The notes under the pieces are model-generated. The model was not told the origin of the DNA, searched no databases, and saw only the letters and a program-made list of their open reading frames with translations. The position numbers and the translations under genes were made by a program. A stretch of 64,000 nucleotides of DNA from an uncultured Rhodopirellula sp. GTDB lineage: Bacteria > Planctomycetota > Planctomycetia > Pirellulales > Pirellulaceae. Position 1 is the first letter of the stretch. Every line of letters begins with the position of its first letter. The stretch is from contig CAXGAI010000011.1 of NCBI GenBank assembly GCA_964007735.1, positions 1-64,000 on the forward strand, written 5' to 3'. This document shows positions 21,219-34,186 of the stretch, piece by piece.

Positions 21219-23675
21219 ATGGCCGCAAAAACAAATCCGGGAGTCTGGGGAGTCGACATCGGACAATGTGCACTCAAAGCAATGCGCTGCGAGATGCAGG
21301 ATGGAGAGATCGTCGCCACACAGGTTGACTACATAGAGTACCCAAAGATTCTAAGTCAACCTGATGCTGACCCCCATGCTTTAATTGCCGACGCGTTGGA
21401 GCAACTACGCGAACGCAATGACATCAATGATGAACGTGTAGCCGTATCTGTTTCGGGACAGGCGGGCTTAGCTAAATTTTTCAAGCCGCCACCAATCGAA
21501 CAAAAGAAACTCCGCGATATCGTCGAATTCGAAGCCCGTCAGCAAATCCCCTTCGAACTAAGCGAAGTGGTCTGGGATTACCAGCAAATGGGGGGCGGCA
21601 TGGAACTAGAAGGCCTTATTACCGAAGCCGAAGTTGGCTTATTTGCGATGAAACGTGACCAAGTCGTTCGCGAAATGCAACCATTTGATAATGCCGAACT
21701 CAAACTAGACACTATTCAACTCGCTCCGATGGCAGTGTACAACTGCATTACTTATGACCTGTTAGATAACTGTCCCGATCCCGATGCCTTTGATCCGGAT
21801 TCTCCACCTGCCAGCTACATGGTGCTCTCGATCGGAACCGAAACAACAGATATGATCGTTACCAATGGGTTTCGCGTCTGGCACCGAAGCATTCCCATCG
21901 GCGGTAATCACTTTACTCGTCAAATGACCCAACAACTCAAGCTAACCTTTGCGAAAGCTGAACACCTCAAGCGTAATGCTCGTGATGCCCCGGATCCAAA
22001 ACGGGTTTTCCAAGCGATGCGGAGTGTCTATGACAATCTTGGAACGGAAGTCCAGCGTTCCTTAAGGTTCTTTGAAGGGATCGATCGAAAGGCGACGATC
22101 AAGGGCGTCGTACTCTTAGGCAACACGGCCAAACTCCCTGGCCTGCGTTCCTTCATCGGCAAAAAACTCGAACTCGAACTGGTCGAATTGGATACATGGA
22201 ACCGCTTGAAAGGTTCCAGCGTAACCGCCAGTCCTACTTTCCAAAACAATGTTTTGGCCTATGGCAACTGTTACGGACTCTGCCTGCAAGCCTTGGGCAT
22301 AGCCCAACTACAAACCAATCTGCTCCCACGCGAACTTCTGTTTGACCGATTGGTCGATTCGAAAAAACCTTGGGTTGTAGCAGCAATTTCTCTGCTATTA
22401 ATTTCCTTAACTTTCAACTACTTCCTGAACTATGCACAATGGAATAAAGTTGCACATGACTCTACCGGTAGCAATCCTATGGGAACATGGGAGAATGTGA
22501 TCAGCAGTGCTGATACAACAAAAGAAGACTCCAACCGGAACAAGGGCGATTATGAGAAGTCTCAGAAAGAGTTTGAAAATCTCCTCCAGTTTGGTAACCA
22601 ACTGATCGGCAACGGAGACAGACAGGTGATGTGGCTCGAACTTATCGGAGCAATCAACTCTGTATTACCTGGCGAGCAAACTCAATGGCGTGACCCTGAT
22701 GTCATCGACTTCAAAGACCGTCCTGACTTCTACATCGAAGCAATCGACAATGCGTTCTTGCCCGAAGAAGATTTGACCGCGTGGTGGGAACAGCATGAGG
22801 AAAAGTATTCTACGAGCCTGACCGAGATTGATGCGGATCGCCAAACTTGGCTGGAAAGCATTTCCCGAGATGCTAACTTCATGCAGAACAATGGTAACTA
22901 CGTCAACTTCTTAAACAACTATGAAATCACGCGTCAGCAAGCCGCTGCCGGCAGCGGCGACAATAAAGGGCTCAGCGGTGGCGGAGGATCCGACAGTGGA
23001 AGTGATAGCAAAGAATTCGAAGCACCGGAAGATGGTGCCTGGGTCATTCAGCTTAAAGGCTATCACTACTTCAACAAGAACAACGAAACCGGATATAAGA
23101 GCCACGTGCAGTATGCCTTGCTCGAACGACTACGTCATTCTATTCTCAACGTTCCGACACCCTTTGGTGTGACACTTTTCAGTATGGAAGAGATGGGCGT
23201 CAATTATATTGTGCTTGTGGATTCTAAAGATGAAGGAGAAGTTCGCATCGGCGCATCTTCCGGAAACAGTGGATTTGGAGGTGACCCTTCAGGGGGAGCA
23301 GGCGGGACGGACCCAACCGGCGGCTTTGGTGGAGCGTCAACTGGTGGTGCTGCCGGCGGAGCAGCAGGCGGAAATCCCGCCCTTGCTGAAGAGACCAAAG
23401 AATACACCGCGAGAAAGTATTCCTTTACGATTCAATTCGTGTGGGAGCCGAATGAAGTAAGTGAACGATACAAACTAAAAAAAGAGGCTGATGAAGTTGC
23501 TCGTCTTGAAGCTGAAAAAATTGCCGAAGAAGAAGCACGTAATATTGAAAATCAAAATGGTGGTCCTGATGGCCCGCCGGACGATGGTCCCGACGGCCTT
23601 CCGGCTCCTGCGTCGGAAAACCAGGAGGATCCAGACGCCCTCCCGAACGATCTGGGACCACCACCTGGCAATTAA
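21219..23675 (+). CDS. pilM: Type IV pilus assembly protein PilM fused to TM + periplasmic (PilN-like) region
   Basis: WGVDIGQCALKA, EARQQIPF..VVWDY, SIPIGGNHFT, GNTAKLPGL; then TNLLP, a TM helix and an extracytoplasmic domain. SD-like GGAAAGGG before ATG 21219. Confidence 0.85.
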   Translation: MAAKTNPGVWGVDIGQCALKAMRCEMQDGEIVATQVDYIEYPKILSQPDADPHALIADALEQLRERNDINDERVAVSVSGQAGLAKFFKPPPIEQKKLRDIVEFEARQQIPFELSEVVWDYQQMGGGMELEGLITEAEVGLFAMKRDQVVREMQPFDNAELKLDTIQLAPMAVYNCITYDLLDNCPDPDAFDPDSPPASYMVLSIGTETTDMIVTNGFRVWHRSIPIGGNHFTRQMTQQLKLTFAKAEHLKRNARDAPDPKRVFQAMRSVYDNLGTEVQRSLRFFEGIDRKATIKGVVLLGNTAKLPGLRSFIGKKLELELVELDTWNRLKGSSVTASPTFQNNVLAYGNCYGLCLQALGIAQLQTNLLPRELLFDRLVDSKKPWVVAAISLLLISLTFNYFLNYAQWNKVAHDSTGSNPMGTWENVISSADTTKEDSNRNKGDYEKSQKEFENLLQFGNQLIGNGDRQVMWLELIGAINSVLPGEQTQWRDPDVIDFKDRPDFYIEAIDNAFLPEEDLTAWWEQHEEKYSTSLTEIDADRQTWLESISRDANFMQNNGNYVNFLNNYEITRQQAAAGSGDNKGLSGGGGSDSGSDSKEFEAPEDGAWVIQLKGYHYFNKNNETGYKSHVQYALLERLRHSILNVPTPFGVTLFSMEEMGVNYIVLVDSKDEGEVRIGASSGNSGFGGDPSGGAGGTDPTGGFGGASTGGAAGGAAGGNPALAEETKEYTARKYSFTIQFVWEPNEVSERYKLKKEADEVARLEAEKIAEEEARNIENQNGGPDGPPDDGPDGLPAPASENQEDPDALPNDLGPPPGN

Positions 23676-23749
23676 ATCAATTGCTCGAATTAATCAACGA
23701 GACCAACAAAACCGGAGTTGCCACTCCTAACCTTTAGAGGTATCGAACA

Positions 23750-25423
<1,674 letters not shown>

Positions 25424-25521
25424 ACAACAACACTCGTAAATATCAACAAACAATACAACTTTAATAGTTAAAAATCTAACTAAAAACATTCCCGGCCTTT
25501 GTCGGGTGGAGAAACGCAAAA

Positions 25522-28005
25522 ATGGTATTCGGACGTAAAAAGAAAAAAGACGCTGAAGCAGAAGCCATTATGGATGCCGTACTAGCCGCAACCGGTGAAG
25601 AAGATCTGACTTCTGATCCCGATGCGCCTAAGCCAAAGAAGGCCCGAAAGAAAAGAGCTACCAATCAAAAGAAGGGAAAGCAGGTTACCGACAATCCGCT
25701 CATCCTTTATGGCGAAAAGATTGCGCTAACACTAGCTGTCCTAGCATCCGGGTTTCTTATCTTTTCAGGCATAAATTCAGGCAAGGACTCGACCGGACAG
25801 ACATTCGAAAAGACAGCCGAACAACTGGAACAGCAAATTCAAGCTGCCAAATCAGCCATCTCTGGTGGTAACTGGGACGATGAAAAAGAAACCTATACAG
25901 CCGATACGGAACAGTCATTTCAACAACGATCGACGGCTGGGGAAGTCAATATTAACGTTTCTGATTATCGTATGCCTAACCTACTCAGCCCACCAGTAAA
26001 TCGCAACACTAAGAAGCGTGAAGATCCCGAGTTATATGCAGCGTCCGATCTTCGTGCCTATACTCTTACCGGACCAGTTGCCTACAACTTACCAGAAGGA
26101 AGTGTGGATCCCACAGCTGCTGATGAGCCCGCCATTCAGGAAGAACCTGAGGAAAAGAAAACTCCGACCCGACCTAAGCGAGGTAAGAACAACGACCCCT
26201 TTGCCGGAGGAGGAATCCCTGGCATGGATGGCGGTGATGGTGACATGGCTGGTATGGGCGGCATGATGGGTGGCATGATGGGCGGAGACGCGACCGGCAA
26301 CAATGGGGCTATTCGCCGACTGCGCACCGACCGAGGCCAAATCATGGGTTATCGTCCTGGAGGCAACGCAGGAGGTGGCATGGCAGGCGGCATGGGTGGA
26401 GCCATGGGTGGTATGGAAGGCGGCATGGGTGGAGCCATGGGTGGTATGGAAGGCGGCATGGGTGGTATGGAAGGCGGCATGGGTGGAGCCATGGGTGGAG
26501 TGGATAGCGAAGCCGATAAAGAAAAAGGGACGCCTGTGGCTATAGCTCGTACCATTGTTGGCGTGACCGCCCTTGTTCCGTTTAAGAAGCAATTTGATGA
26601 ATACGAACGAGCTCTAGCAATGCGTTCCGGATACGAAGCTCGACGTGACCGTCCAGACTACATCTTTATGACGGTACAACGTGTTGACATCACGGCCAAT
26701 CCACAACAGGCCGAAGGAGAATATGCCTGGGAAGATTTACTGAATACTCGCACCCATAACAAGGCTGCTGAAAGCTGGCATGGAACAGCTCCGGAAATCG
26801 TTAACAGTACTCACCTTAACGATTACATTTCACTTTCATGTCCTCCTGTTATGCTACGAGACATCAATGAGTTGCTGCGGCATCCGGAGATTCCCCTAGC
26901 CGGACAGGCACCTGTTGAAGAAACCGTAATTGAAGAAACGGATGACGAGCCCGAAGAAGAAATTGACGGCAACATCCCAGGCAGTGGCCGCAAACCGAAA
27001 CGCAATAACAACAATGCCGGTGGAGGTGACATGGCTGACATGGCTGATATGGCTGGCATGGGTGGCATGGGCGGTGCGATGGGTGGCATGGGCGACATGT
27101 CAGGCATGGGCATGGGCGGTATGGGTGGAATGATGGGCGGTATGGGGGGAGACATGGGGACCATGATTTCGGGAGATATCCCTGACTATAAAATGGTTCG
27201 CTTTTTTGACTTCTCTGCTCAGCTCGGACGTACATACCGTTACCGAGTTCAACTTTGGATAGAAGATCCAAACCTACCGAACACAAATCCAGAGGATGAA
27301 TACCCGGATCACCGAGCACCCTCCGAACAAACGTTGGATACGGACTCATTAAACCGACTAAAAACATTGAAAGCAACTGCCGGTAACGGAGTAACATGGT
27401 TTCGCAAAACGGAATGGAGTACTCCTTGTGAAGCCATTACTGTTCCGGATCCAACGATGATCGCTGCAGGTTCCGTTGAAGCGGCTCGTGAAAGTCGCTC
27501 TCCAACAGGAGCGACCTATGTGGACTCTGAACCAACCGGCATTATCAAACCCATTGTCTTCGATCCTAAACGTGCCGTGGACGTACCTTACGATCGCAGT
27601 GTTAGTCGAGGAGCTTTACTAGACTTCGTTGCGGACGCAGAGTACGGTCACCCGATTACAGAGGTGATCAATGGCTTGCCACAGTTCAGTTTCCAAACTG
27701 GCTTTCTAGTCGGTGATCTGCGTGGAGGAGACCAACTCTTTAAAGGCACCAACTACGAGAAAATGTTTGAAAAGGACAATGTCATTACGGCTCCGGGGGA
27801 GTTTGTATTATTTGACAAAGACGGTAACTTGATTGTGCATTCAGAAATTGATGATATTGATATTTGGGAACGATTTAATTACCAACCTGATGCTCCCACT
27901 GACAACTCCGGAGGTGGCATGGGCGGAGCCATGGGCGGTATGGACGGAGGCATGGGGGGGATGATGGATCCAGGCGGCGGAGAAGGTGGGGTTCCCGGCA
28001 TGTAG
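25522..28005 (+). CDS. Membrane-anchored hypothetical protein with FN3-like segment and Gly/Met-rich inserts
   Basis: Charged N-tail, one TM, FN3-like RFFDF..GRTYRYRVQL..EWSTP..ITVP; last gene before a terminator. Confidence 0.65.
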   Translation: MVFGRKKKKDAEAEAIMDAVLAATGEEDLTSDPDAPKPKKARKKRATNQKKGKQVTDNPLILYGEKIALTLAVLASGFLIFSGINSGKDSTGQTFEKTAEQLEQQIQAAKSAISGGNWDDEKETYTADTEQSFQQRSTAGEVNINVSDYRMPNLLSPPVNRNTKKREDPELYAASDLRAYTLTGPVAYNLPEGSVDPTAADEPAIQEEPEEKKTPTRPKRGKNNDPFAGGGIPGMDGGDGDMAGMGGMMGGMMGGDATGNNGAIRRLRTDRGQIMGYRPGGNAGGGMAGGMGGAMGGMEGGMGGAMGGMEGGMGGMEGGMGGAMGGVDSEADKEKGTPVAIARTIVGVTALVPFKKQFDEYERALAMRSGYEARRDRPDYIFMTVQRVDITANPQQAEGEYAWEDLLNTRTHNKAAESWHGTAPEIVNSTHLNDYISLSCPPVMLRDINELLRHPEIPLAGQAPVEETVIEETDDEPEEEIDGNIPGSGRKPKRNNNNAGGGDMADMADMAGMGGMGGAMGGMGDMSGMGMGGMGGMMGGMGGDMGTMISGDIPDYKMVRFFDFSAQLGRTYRYRVQLWIEDPNLPNTNPEDEYPDHRAPSEQTLDTDSLNRLKTLKATAGNGVTWFRKTEWSTPCEAITVPDPTMIAAGSVEAARESRSPTGATYVDSEPTGIIKPIVFDPKRAVDVPYDRSVSRGALLDFVADAEYGHPITEVINGLPQFSFQTGFLVGDLRGGDQLFKGTNYEKMFEKDNVITAPGEFVLFDKDGNLIVHSEIDDIDIWERFNYQPDAPTDNSGGGMGGAMGGMDGGMGGMMDPGGGEGGVPGM
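26386..26499 (+). repeat. 33-bp tandem repeat (GGMGGAMGGME) x2 plus partial copies
   Basis: GGCGGCATGGGTGGAGCCATGGGTGGTATGGAA at 26386 and 26419, followed by truncated units. Confidence 0.85.
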
Positions 28006-28032
28006 CCCTCTCCTTAGCGACCAACTAAAGAT

Positions 28033-28065
28033 ATGCACAGGATCGGACGAACCTGTGCATTTTTT
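28033..28065 (+). terminator. Intrinsic terminator of pilM operon
   Basis: ATGCACAGG...CCTGTGCAT stem followed by T run. Confidence 0.8.
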
Positions 28066-28138
28066 GTGCACTATTTTGTTCGTCCCTGCCAGCAGTAGCG
28101 TTCTCATAGACAAGCAACAAAATAAGGTATTTTGATTC

Positions 28139-28849
28139 ATGGCAAAAACACGACGAGTAAACCAACTCCGACCGATCTCCGTTCAACGTCACTTTACGAA
28201 CAAAGCTCCCGGCAGCGTATTGTTTTCTGCCGGCAATACCGTGGTGCTTTGTACGGCCAGTGTTGAAGACTCCGTCCCCCCATGGATGGAGGGAAAAGGG
28301 AAAGGCTGGATCACCGCTGAATACAATATGCTTCCTTCCAGCACCAGCCCTCGCAAACGGCGCGACCGTGTCAAAGTTGATGGACGCACTACCGAGATCC
28401 AACGGTTGATTGGTCGAAGTATACGTGCGATTACAGACCTAGAAGCTCTCGGAGAACGTTCCATCGCTATCGACTGTGATGTACTTCAAGCCGATGGGGG
28501 TACTCGAACAGCAAGTATCACCGGAGCCTACATCGCTGTCATCGATGCTATTAACAGCTTTCGGGATGAATTGCCCAATCCAAAACGTTTCCCGCTTCGT
28601 GACAGCTTGGCTGCCGTTAGTGTAGGCATTGTTGCCGGCAAGGCATATCTTGATCTCGACTATGAATTAGATTACGCAGCCGAGGTCGACATGAATGTCG
28701 TAATGACAGGCAAAGGGCAATTTGTAGAGATTCAGGGAACCGGTGAAGAAAGCACCTTTAGTGAAGCTCAACTAGGCGAATTGCTTATGCTCGCTAAAAA
28801 GGGAATCCGCCAACTAACGAAAATCCAGAAGGACTCACTCCAAAACTAA
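28139..28849 (+). CDS. rph: Ribonuclease PH
   Basis: [49 protein letters not shown]. Confidence 0.97.
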   Translation: MAKTRRVNQLRPISVQRHFTNKAPGSVLFSAGNTVVLCTASVEDSVPPWMEGKGKGWITAEYNMLPSSTSPRKRRDRVKVDGRTTEIQRLIGRSIRAITDLEALGERSIAIDCDVLQADGGTRTASITGAYIAVIDAINSFRDELPNPKRFPLRDSLAAVSVGIVAGKAYLDLDYELDYAAEVDMNVVMTGKGQFVEIQGTGEESTFSEAQLGELLMLAKKGIRQLTKIQKDSLQN

Positions 28850-29766
28850 GCCGAGCGATCGGCCAGTAGCCAAACCAACAAACCCTTTTGAGCATGCATC
28901 CGGTTACCTGCCTGCGGAACGACCCTGCTTTGACTTCCATCCATAACTTCATCAGTGACTTCTTGGCCTCGTTTCGCCGGTAAGCAATGGAGAAAAATAG
29001 CCGATTCCGGAGCGGCTTGCATTAGTGTTTGATTTACCTGAAATGCCGCAAAGTCCTGCTCACGCTTTTTCTGTTCTTTTTCCTGTCCCATACTAGCCCA
29101 AACATCGGTATAGATGGCATCTGCGTCGGACACTGCCTGAAGGGCATTCGTAATCTGGGAAAACCTGAACCCTTCGCAGCCCGCTTCAATTTCCTGTTTT
29201 TCTTGCTCCCCAAATTGATAATCTTCAGGACAGGCCAACGTGAATCGCACACCAAGCTTTCCACAAGCAATCGCTAATGAACGCGAAACGTTATTAGCAT
29301 CTCCCACGAAAACAACATGACGACCTTCCAAATTTCCGAATTCTTCCTTAATCGTCAAGATATCTGCTAATGCCTGACAGGGATGAGAATAGTCCGTCAA
29401 AGCATTGATGACTGGGACACTCGAGTATTTCGCTAATTGCTCGAGCGTCTCATGTTTATAACTTCGGCAGGCTACAACATCAACGTATTCGCTGAGAACC
29501 TCACTAAAGTCTTTAACCGACTCCCGTTTTCCCCAACCTACATCTTGACCGAGATACAAGGCATGTCCGCCAAGTTGGCTCATACCACACTCAAAGCTCA
29601 CTCTGGTGCGGAGTGAAGGTTTTTCAAATAACAATGCCAGATTGTGATATTGCAAGTGAGCCTGACGGTTGCCATTTGCTAATTCCTGTTTCAATTGCCC
29701 AGCGGTTGCCAGAATCGCCAGGATGTCATCACTCGTCAAATCAAATAAAGAAAGTAAATGTCTCAT
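28846..29766 (-). CDS. argF: Ornithine carbamoyltransferase
   Basis: SLRTR, HPCQ, WASMG, HCLP motifs. Confidence 0.96.
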   Translation of the reverse strand: MRHLLSLFDLTSDDILAILATAGQLKQELANGNRQAHLQYHNLALLFEKPSLRTRVSFECGMSQLGGHALYLGQDVGWGKRESVKDFSEVLSEYVDVVACRSYKHETLEQLAKYSSVPVINALTDYSHPCQALADILTIKEEFGNLEGRHVVFVGDANNVSRSLAIACGKLGVRFTLACPEDYQFGEQEKQEIEAGCEGFRFSQITNALQAVSDADAIYTDVWASMGQEKEQKKREQDFAAFQVNQTLMQAAPESAIFLHCLPAKRGQEVTDEVMDGSQSRVVPQAGNRMHAQKGLLVWLLADRSA

Positions 29767-29857
29767 CGTATTACTACTCAAAATCCCCCCGTTATCAACA
29801 GGAGATTATTAAAGTACAGAATATTAAGTTTATAAAAGCCTTCACGCACGGAATGAA

Positions 29858-31057
29858 CTACGCTTGCAGATTACGTAGTACATCGGAAAGAATATCAACT
29901 CCTTCATTAGCCTCATCAACGGTCAGGTTCATCGCAGGTAACAGGCGAATCACGTTACCTTGAGTACAATTAATAAGGAGATTTCGATCTAGACATTGCT
30001 GGACGACCGAAGCCCCTTCAACTTCAAGCTCTACACCAACCATCATTCCAGCAACGCGTACTTCACGAATCCATTCGCATTCCATTTGCAACTGATTAAA
30101 TCGTGTTTGAAACAGGTCGGCCAGGACGCTGACATTCCCCAGCAGGTTTTGCTCTTCGATCATTTCCAGTGTCGCAATTCCGGCAACGGAAGCAATGGGG
30201 TTACCTCCAAACGTTGCTGCATGCATGCCGGGACGCAGACTTGGAGCAATCTCCGACGTTGTGAGCATGGCTCCCCCGGCAAACCCGCCACACAAACTCT
30301 TAGCAAGTGTGATAACGTCAGGTATGACATCAAAATACTGATATCCAAACCACTTGCCTGTTCGGCCACAACCGGTCTGAACTTCATCAAAGATCAACAA
30401 CAGATCATTTTCATCGGCGAGTTGTCGTAAACCGTGCAGAAAACCTTCCGGCGGAATCCGTACTCCACCTTCCCCCTGAATCGGTTCGATCATAATTGCA
30501 CCGGTTTCATCATCAATCAGTTCTTTCACTGCCTGCAGGTCACCATAAGGTGCATAGTTAAAACCAGCGACAAGAGGGCCTAATCCTTCATGGTATTTAG
30601 GCTGAGCCGTTGCTGTTGTCGTTGCCAAGCTTCGACCATGGAATCCACCCTCGAAAGTAATGATCTTATATCGCGAGGGACCGTGATGCAGCCGAGCGAG
30701 CTTAATTGCTGCTTCATTAGCTTCAGCGCCTGAATTACAGAAGAAGGCTTGGCCTCCAAAACTTCGTTCACTCAAAAGCTGGGCCCAGCGACCTTGGGCT
30801 TCGAGATGCCACGAATTGGGAACGTGTATTAACGTCTCGACCTGTTTCTGTACAGCCTTGACAACCGGCTCAGGGCAATGCCCTAGCAAATTACACCCCC
30901 ATCCTGGAAATAAATCCAAATATCTATTTCCTTCCGCGTCCCAAATGTAAGAACCTTCACCACGCACAAGATTCACGCTATAGCGCCCATAGTTAGGCAC
31001 TACATATTGTCGGAACAAATTCACTGTCTCTGGTGAACTTAGGAATGAGTTTTCCAC
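29858..31057 (-). CDS. argD: Acetylornithine aminotransferase
   Basis: NSGAEANEAA, FHGR, EPIQGEGG, DEVQTG, LAKSL. Start set at GTG 31057 after SD-like AGAGGA. Confidence 0.93.
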   Translation of the reverse strand: MENSFLSSPETVNLFRQYVVPNYGRYSVNLVRGEGSYIWDAEGNRYLDLFPGWGCNLLGHCPEPVVKAVQKQVETLIHVPNSWHLEAQGRWAQLLSERSFGGQAFFCNSGAEANEAAIKLARLHHGPSRYKIITFEGGFHGRSLATTTATAQPKYHEGLGPLVAGFNYAPYGDLQAVKELIDDETGAIMIEPIQGEGGVRIPPEGFLHGLRQLADENDLLLIFDEVQTGCGRTGKWFGYQYFDVIPDVITLAKSLCGGFAGGAMLTTSEIAPSLRPGMHAATFGGNPIASVAGIATLEMIEEQNLLGNVSVLADLFQTRFNQLQMECEWIREVRVAGMMVGVELEVEGASVVQQCLDRNLLINCTQGNVIRLLPAMNLTVDEANEGVDILSDVLRNLQA

Positions 31058-31151
31058 GGCACAGATCCTCTTGTAGGTAGTGTTTAAAATTGGGAGGTAG
31101 TCGTTTTCGACGGCAGCTTCAGCTGGCTTCAACCCAAAACTGATGAAACTT

Positions 31152-32024
31152 TTATTTTGTAATCTGAGTTCCAATTCCGGAACTGGTATAGATTTCCAGC
31201 AGCAACGAATGCCGGATGCGACCATCAATGATATGCACCTTTTGAACACCACGATCCAGCGTCTCAAGGCATGCTTCCACTTTGGGAATCATACCACTAT
31301 CGATAGCTCCAGATGCTATCAAATCACGCGCTTCTCCGGTGGACAACGAATGAATCAGTGTACCCGCATCGTCTTTATCCCTTCGTACTCCGTTTACATC
31401 GCTCAAAAACACAAGTTTTTCAGCTCCCAACAACTGAGCCACCGTGGTTGCTGCGGTATCGGCATTCACATTGAATTTTTGATTATTGTCGTCAATACAC
31501 ATCGAAGGAATCACTGGAATTGTTCCCGCATAGCAAAGATTTTCGATGACCGCTCGTTCAACTTCGGTGACGCGGCCAACAAATCCCAGATCAATCGCCT
31601 CCCCGTCCACTATTAGTTCAAGCTTTTCACCGATCAAAACCGGAGTACTCTCAAAATTCAGTGTCATGGCACGGCCACCGATTTCTTCAATCAGATCTGC
31701 CAAACCCTGATTCACTTCCTTTGCCAGTACTTTTTCGACAATTGCTAGCGTTGCTTCATCCGTATATCGCCTACCGCAAATAAAATTGGCGGCAATCCCT
31801 GCTTCCTCCATTGCCTGACTAATCGCTGCACCACCTCCATGCACAATAACGGGCCGCATTCCTACCGTTTCCATAAACACAATATCCACCAATACATGAC
31901 GGAGAGCATTCTGGTCTTTCATGATGCTGCCACCAAGCTTGATGACCGTCGTCTTTCCTCGAAATTGCCGGATCCAGCCGAGAGCTTCGATCAGAGTATC
32001 TGCTTTTTGGATTGCGTCTTGCAT
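31152..32024 (-). CDS. argB: Acetylglutamate kinase
   Basis: [35 protein letters not shown]. Confidence 0.96.
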   Translation of the reverse strand: MQDAIQKADTLIEALGWIRQFRGKTTVIKLGGSIMKDQNALRHVLVDIVFMETVGMRPVIVHGGGAAISQAMEEAGIAANFICGRRYTDEATLAIVEKVLAKEVNQGLADLIEEIGGRAMTLNFESTPVLIGEKLELIVDGEAIDLGFVGRVTEVERAVIENLCYAGTIPVIPSMCIDDNNQKFNVNADTAATTVAQLLGAEKLVFLSDVNGVRRDKDDAGTLIHSLSTGEARDLIASGAIDSGMIPKVEACLETLDRGVQKVHIIDGRIRHSLLLEIYTSSGIGTQITK

Positions 32025-32109
32025 GGTTTTACGAGGAACAAATAGCCTAGGCACCGTCACATAATGTGACGTGCACTGGTCTCGACATTCACAAAGGGGG
32101 AAACAGATA

Positions 32110-32139
32110 ATTCTAGACCTAGATCGATCTAAGTGTCAA
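32110..32139 (-). promoter_or_regulatory. Candidate sigma70 promoter for argB-argD-argF
   Basis: Minus strand TTGACA-N18-TAGAAT; the spacer contains the palindrome TAGATCGATCTA. Confidence 0.6.
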
Positions 32140-32398
32140 CGAAGAGTTTTTAGAGGTTCTGCAGTTAGTCAAAATTTTACGATTGGGTAATCTGTTAACC
32201 CCTAGAATCATCTATCTTTTCGTGAGATGATATTAATACACATGGATGAAACCGCATCCAAACTTTTCCCACAACTGATTTGACTCTCAGGAACAGTAGT
32301 CCTATTCACCCCCTGTCCACCGTAGCCAATCCACCTCAGGAAATCTTTGGTGTTGGAAACGCGTCCTATACTCAGCCGGTCAGACCGACTAGACAGCA

Positions 32399-33184
32399 AT
32401 GTCAGACAACTCTGCAAATCAAGACTCTTCTACTAGTAATCCTCAGGAAACACTGGCCATTGTACTCGCTGCAGGTCAGGGGACCCGGATGAACTCGGAA
32501 CTACCGAAAGTCCTCTTTCCAGTATGCGGTAAACCTATGGTCCGCCACGTAGTAGAAACTTTACGCAAGGCAGCAGTCACGCAGATCATTTTAGTGGTTG
32601 GTTTTCAAGAAGAATTGGTTCGCCAAGAATTTGCTGATGAATCCGATATTAAATTTGTCACTCAGCATGAACGTTTGGGGACCGGACACGCGGTTCAGGT
32701 TTGCCATCAACAGCTGGCCAGTCACACGGGGCCTGTTGCTATCGTCACCGGTGATTCCCCGCTAATTCAGTCAAGCTCCGTTGTAGCATTGATTGATGCG
32801 CAGCGCAACGAAAGGTTAGCATGTGCTCTCGGATCACTACAGTGCGACGACCCCACAGGGCTTGGACGAATTGTCCGCAACCATGACGGTTCTTTCCGGG
32901 GGATTGTCGAACATAAGGATGCCACCCAAGAGCAGCTTGAAATCAACGAAGTCAACATGAGCACCTACGTTTTTGACTCATATCACTTACAATGGTCATT
33001 ACATCAGCTCAAGACTGATAACACACAAAACGAATACTACCTGACAGACTGCCCGTCAATTCTTCTCAGCATCGGGCAGGCTGTTGATGCAAAACCCGTT
33101 TTACAGCCCTGTGAAGCTTTGAGTGTGAACACACCGGAGCAGCTACAGATGGTCGAGAACGAAATGAGAAAGCTTGGTTACTAA
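32399..33184 (+). CDS. GlmU-like uridyltransferase, N-terminal domain only
   Basis: LAAGQGTRMNSELPKVL, RLGTGHAV, GDSPL, GLGRIVR, IVEHKDA, NTQNEYYLTD; ends before any hexapeptide-repeat domain. Confidence 0.88.
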   Translation: MSDNSANQDSSTSNPQETLAIVLAAGQGTRMNSELPKVLFPVCGKPMVRHVVETLRKAAVTQIILVVGFQEELVRQEFADESDIKFVTQHERLGTGHAVQVCHQQLASHTGPVAIVTGDSPLIQSSSVVALIDAQRNERLACALGSLQCDDPTGLGRIVRNHDGSFRGIVEHKDATQEQLEINEVNMSTYVFDSYHLQWSLHQLKTDNTQNEYYLTDCPSILLSIGQAVDAKPVLQPCEALSVNTPEQLQMVENEMRKLGY

Positions 33185-34144
33185 ATGCGTGAACTGAAGA
33201 TTTTTAGTGGCGGTGCCAATCTTAAACTTGCACAAGATATCTGCGGGTTCCTTCACCTTTCCCTCGGAAAGATCACTCTCAGTACGTTTCCAGATGGCGA
33301 ACGTCACTGCAAGATTGAGGAAGACGTCCGCGGACGAGACGTATTCCTGATTCAACCAACCTCTCCATCGGTCAATGATAATCTGATGGAACTGTTGATC
33401 ATGATCGACAGCTGCAAACGGGCGAGTGCTTCCAGAATCACCGCTGTGATTCCCTACTTTGGCTATGCCCGCTCAGATCGAAAAGATGAAGGCCGGGTGC
33501 CGATTGCCGCAAAACTCTGCGCCAACCTGATCACTCGGGCAGGTGCTGATCGGGTTCTTACAATGGATCTTCACGCAGCGCAGATTCAGGGTTTCTTTGA
33601 TGTACCGGTCGATCATCTTTATGCCGCTCCAGTTCTTAATAAATACTTTATCGAGAAGGGGATCCAGGAAGAAAATCTAGCGGTCGTCAGCCCGGACGAA
33701 GGCAGTATTAAACGAGCGATCGGGCATGTCCGACGGTTAGGCGGTAAGTTGGCAATCGTTGATAAACGTCGCGCCAGTGCCTTGGAAACGACGCAGGAAA
33801 ACCTGATTGGTGGGCCGATCGACGGCCGCGTAGCACTCATGTTCGATGACATGATTAGTACTGCCGGTAGTATCTGTGGTGCCGCCGAACTAGTAAAGAG
33901 AGCCGGAGCAAGTGAAATCCACGTGGCGGCAACCCACGGAGTTTTCTGTGGACCGGCTTTGGAACGCCTGAAAGAATCTCCTATTACCAGTGTTATCGTG
34001 ACCGATACCATTCCACTTGGAGCTGCCGCTGAGATAAGTAAAATCAAACAGTTGACGGTTGCACCGCTTTTGGCCGAAGCCATCAAACGAGTGCATCATG
34101 ACCAATCAATCAGTGACATTTTTGCAGATTACGAGCCTGAATAG
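33185..34144 (+). CDS. prs: Ribose-phosphate pyrophosphokinase
   Basis: FPDGE, PYFGYARSDRK, DLHAAQIQGFFD, DDMISTAGS. Confidence 0.97.
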   Translation: MRELKIFSGGANLKLAQDICGFLHLSLGKITLSTFPDGERHCKIEEDVRGRDVFLIQPTSPSVNDNLMELLIMIDSCKRASASRITAVIPYFGYARSDRKDEGRVPIAAKLCANLITRAGADRVLTMDLHAAQIQGFFDVPVDHLYAAPVLNKYFIEKGIQEENLAVVSPDEGSIKRAIGHVRRLGGKLAIVDKRRASALETTQENLIGGPIDGRVALMFDDMISTAGSICGAAELVKRAGASEIHVAATHGVFCGPALERLKESPITSVIVTDTIPLGAAAEISKIKQLTVAPLLAEAIKRVHHDQSISDIFADYEPE

Positions 34145-34186
34145 TCTCATCCATCCAAATAACGATTGAAAGTAAGATAATCGAAC

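Noticed and set aside
26386..26499. 33-bp direct repeats as a CRISPR array
   Set aside because: No unique spacers, in-frame within a CDS, and no cas genes.
31058..31267. N-terminal extension of argD overlapping argB
   Set aside because: ORF-caller artefact; an SD-preceded GTG at 31057 gives a normal-length protein.
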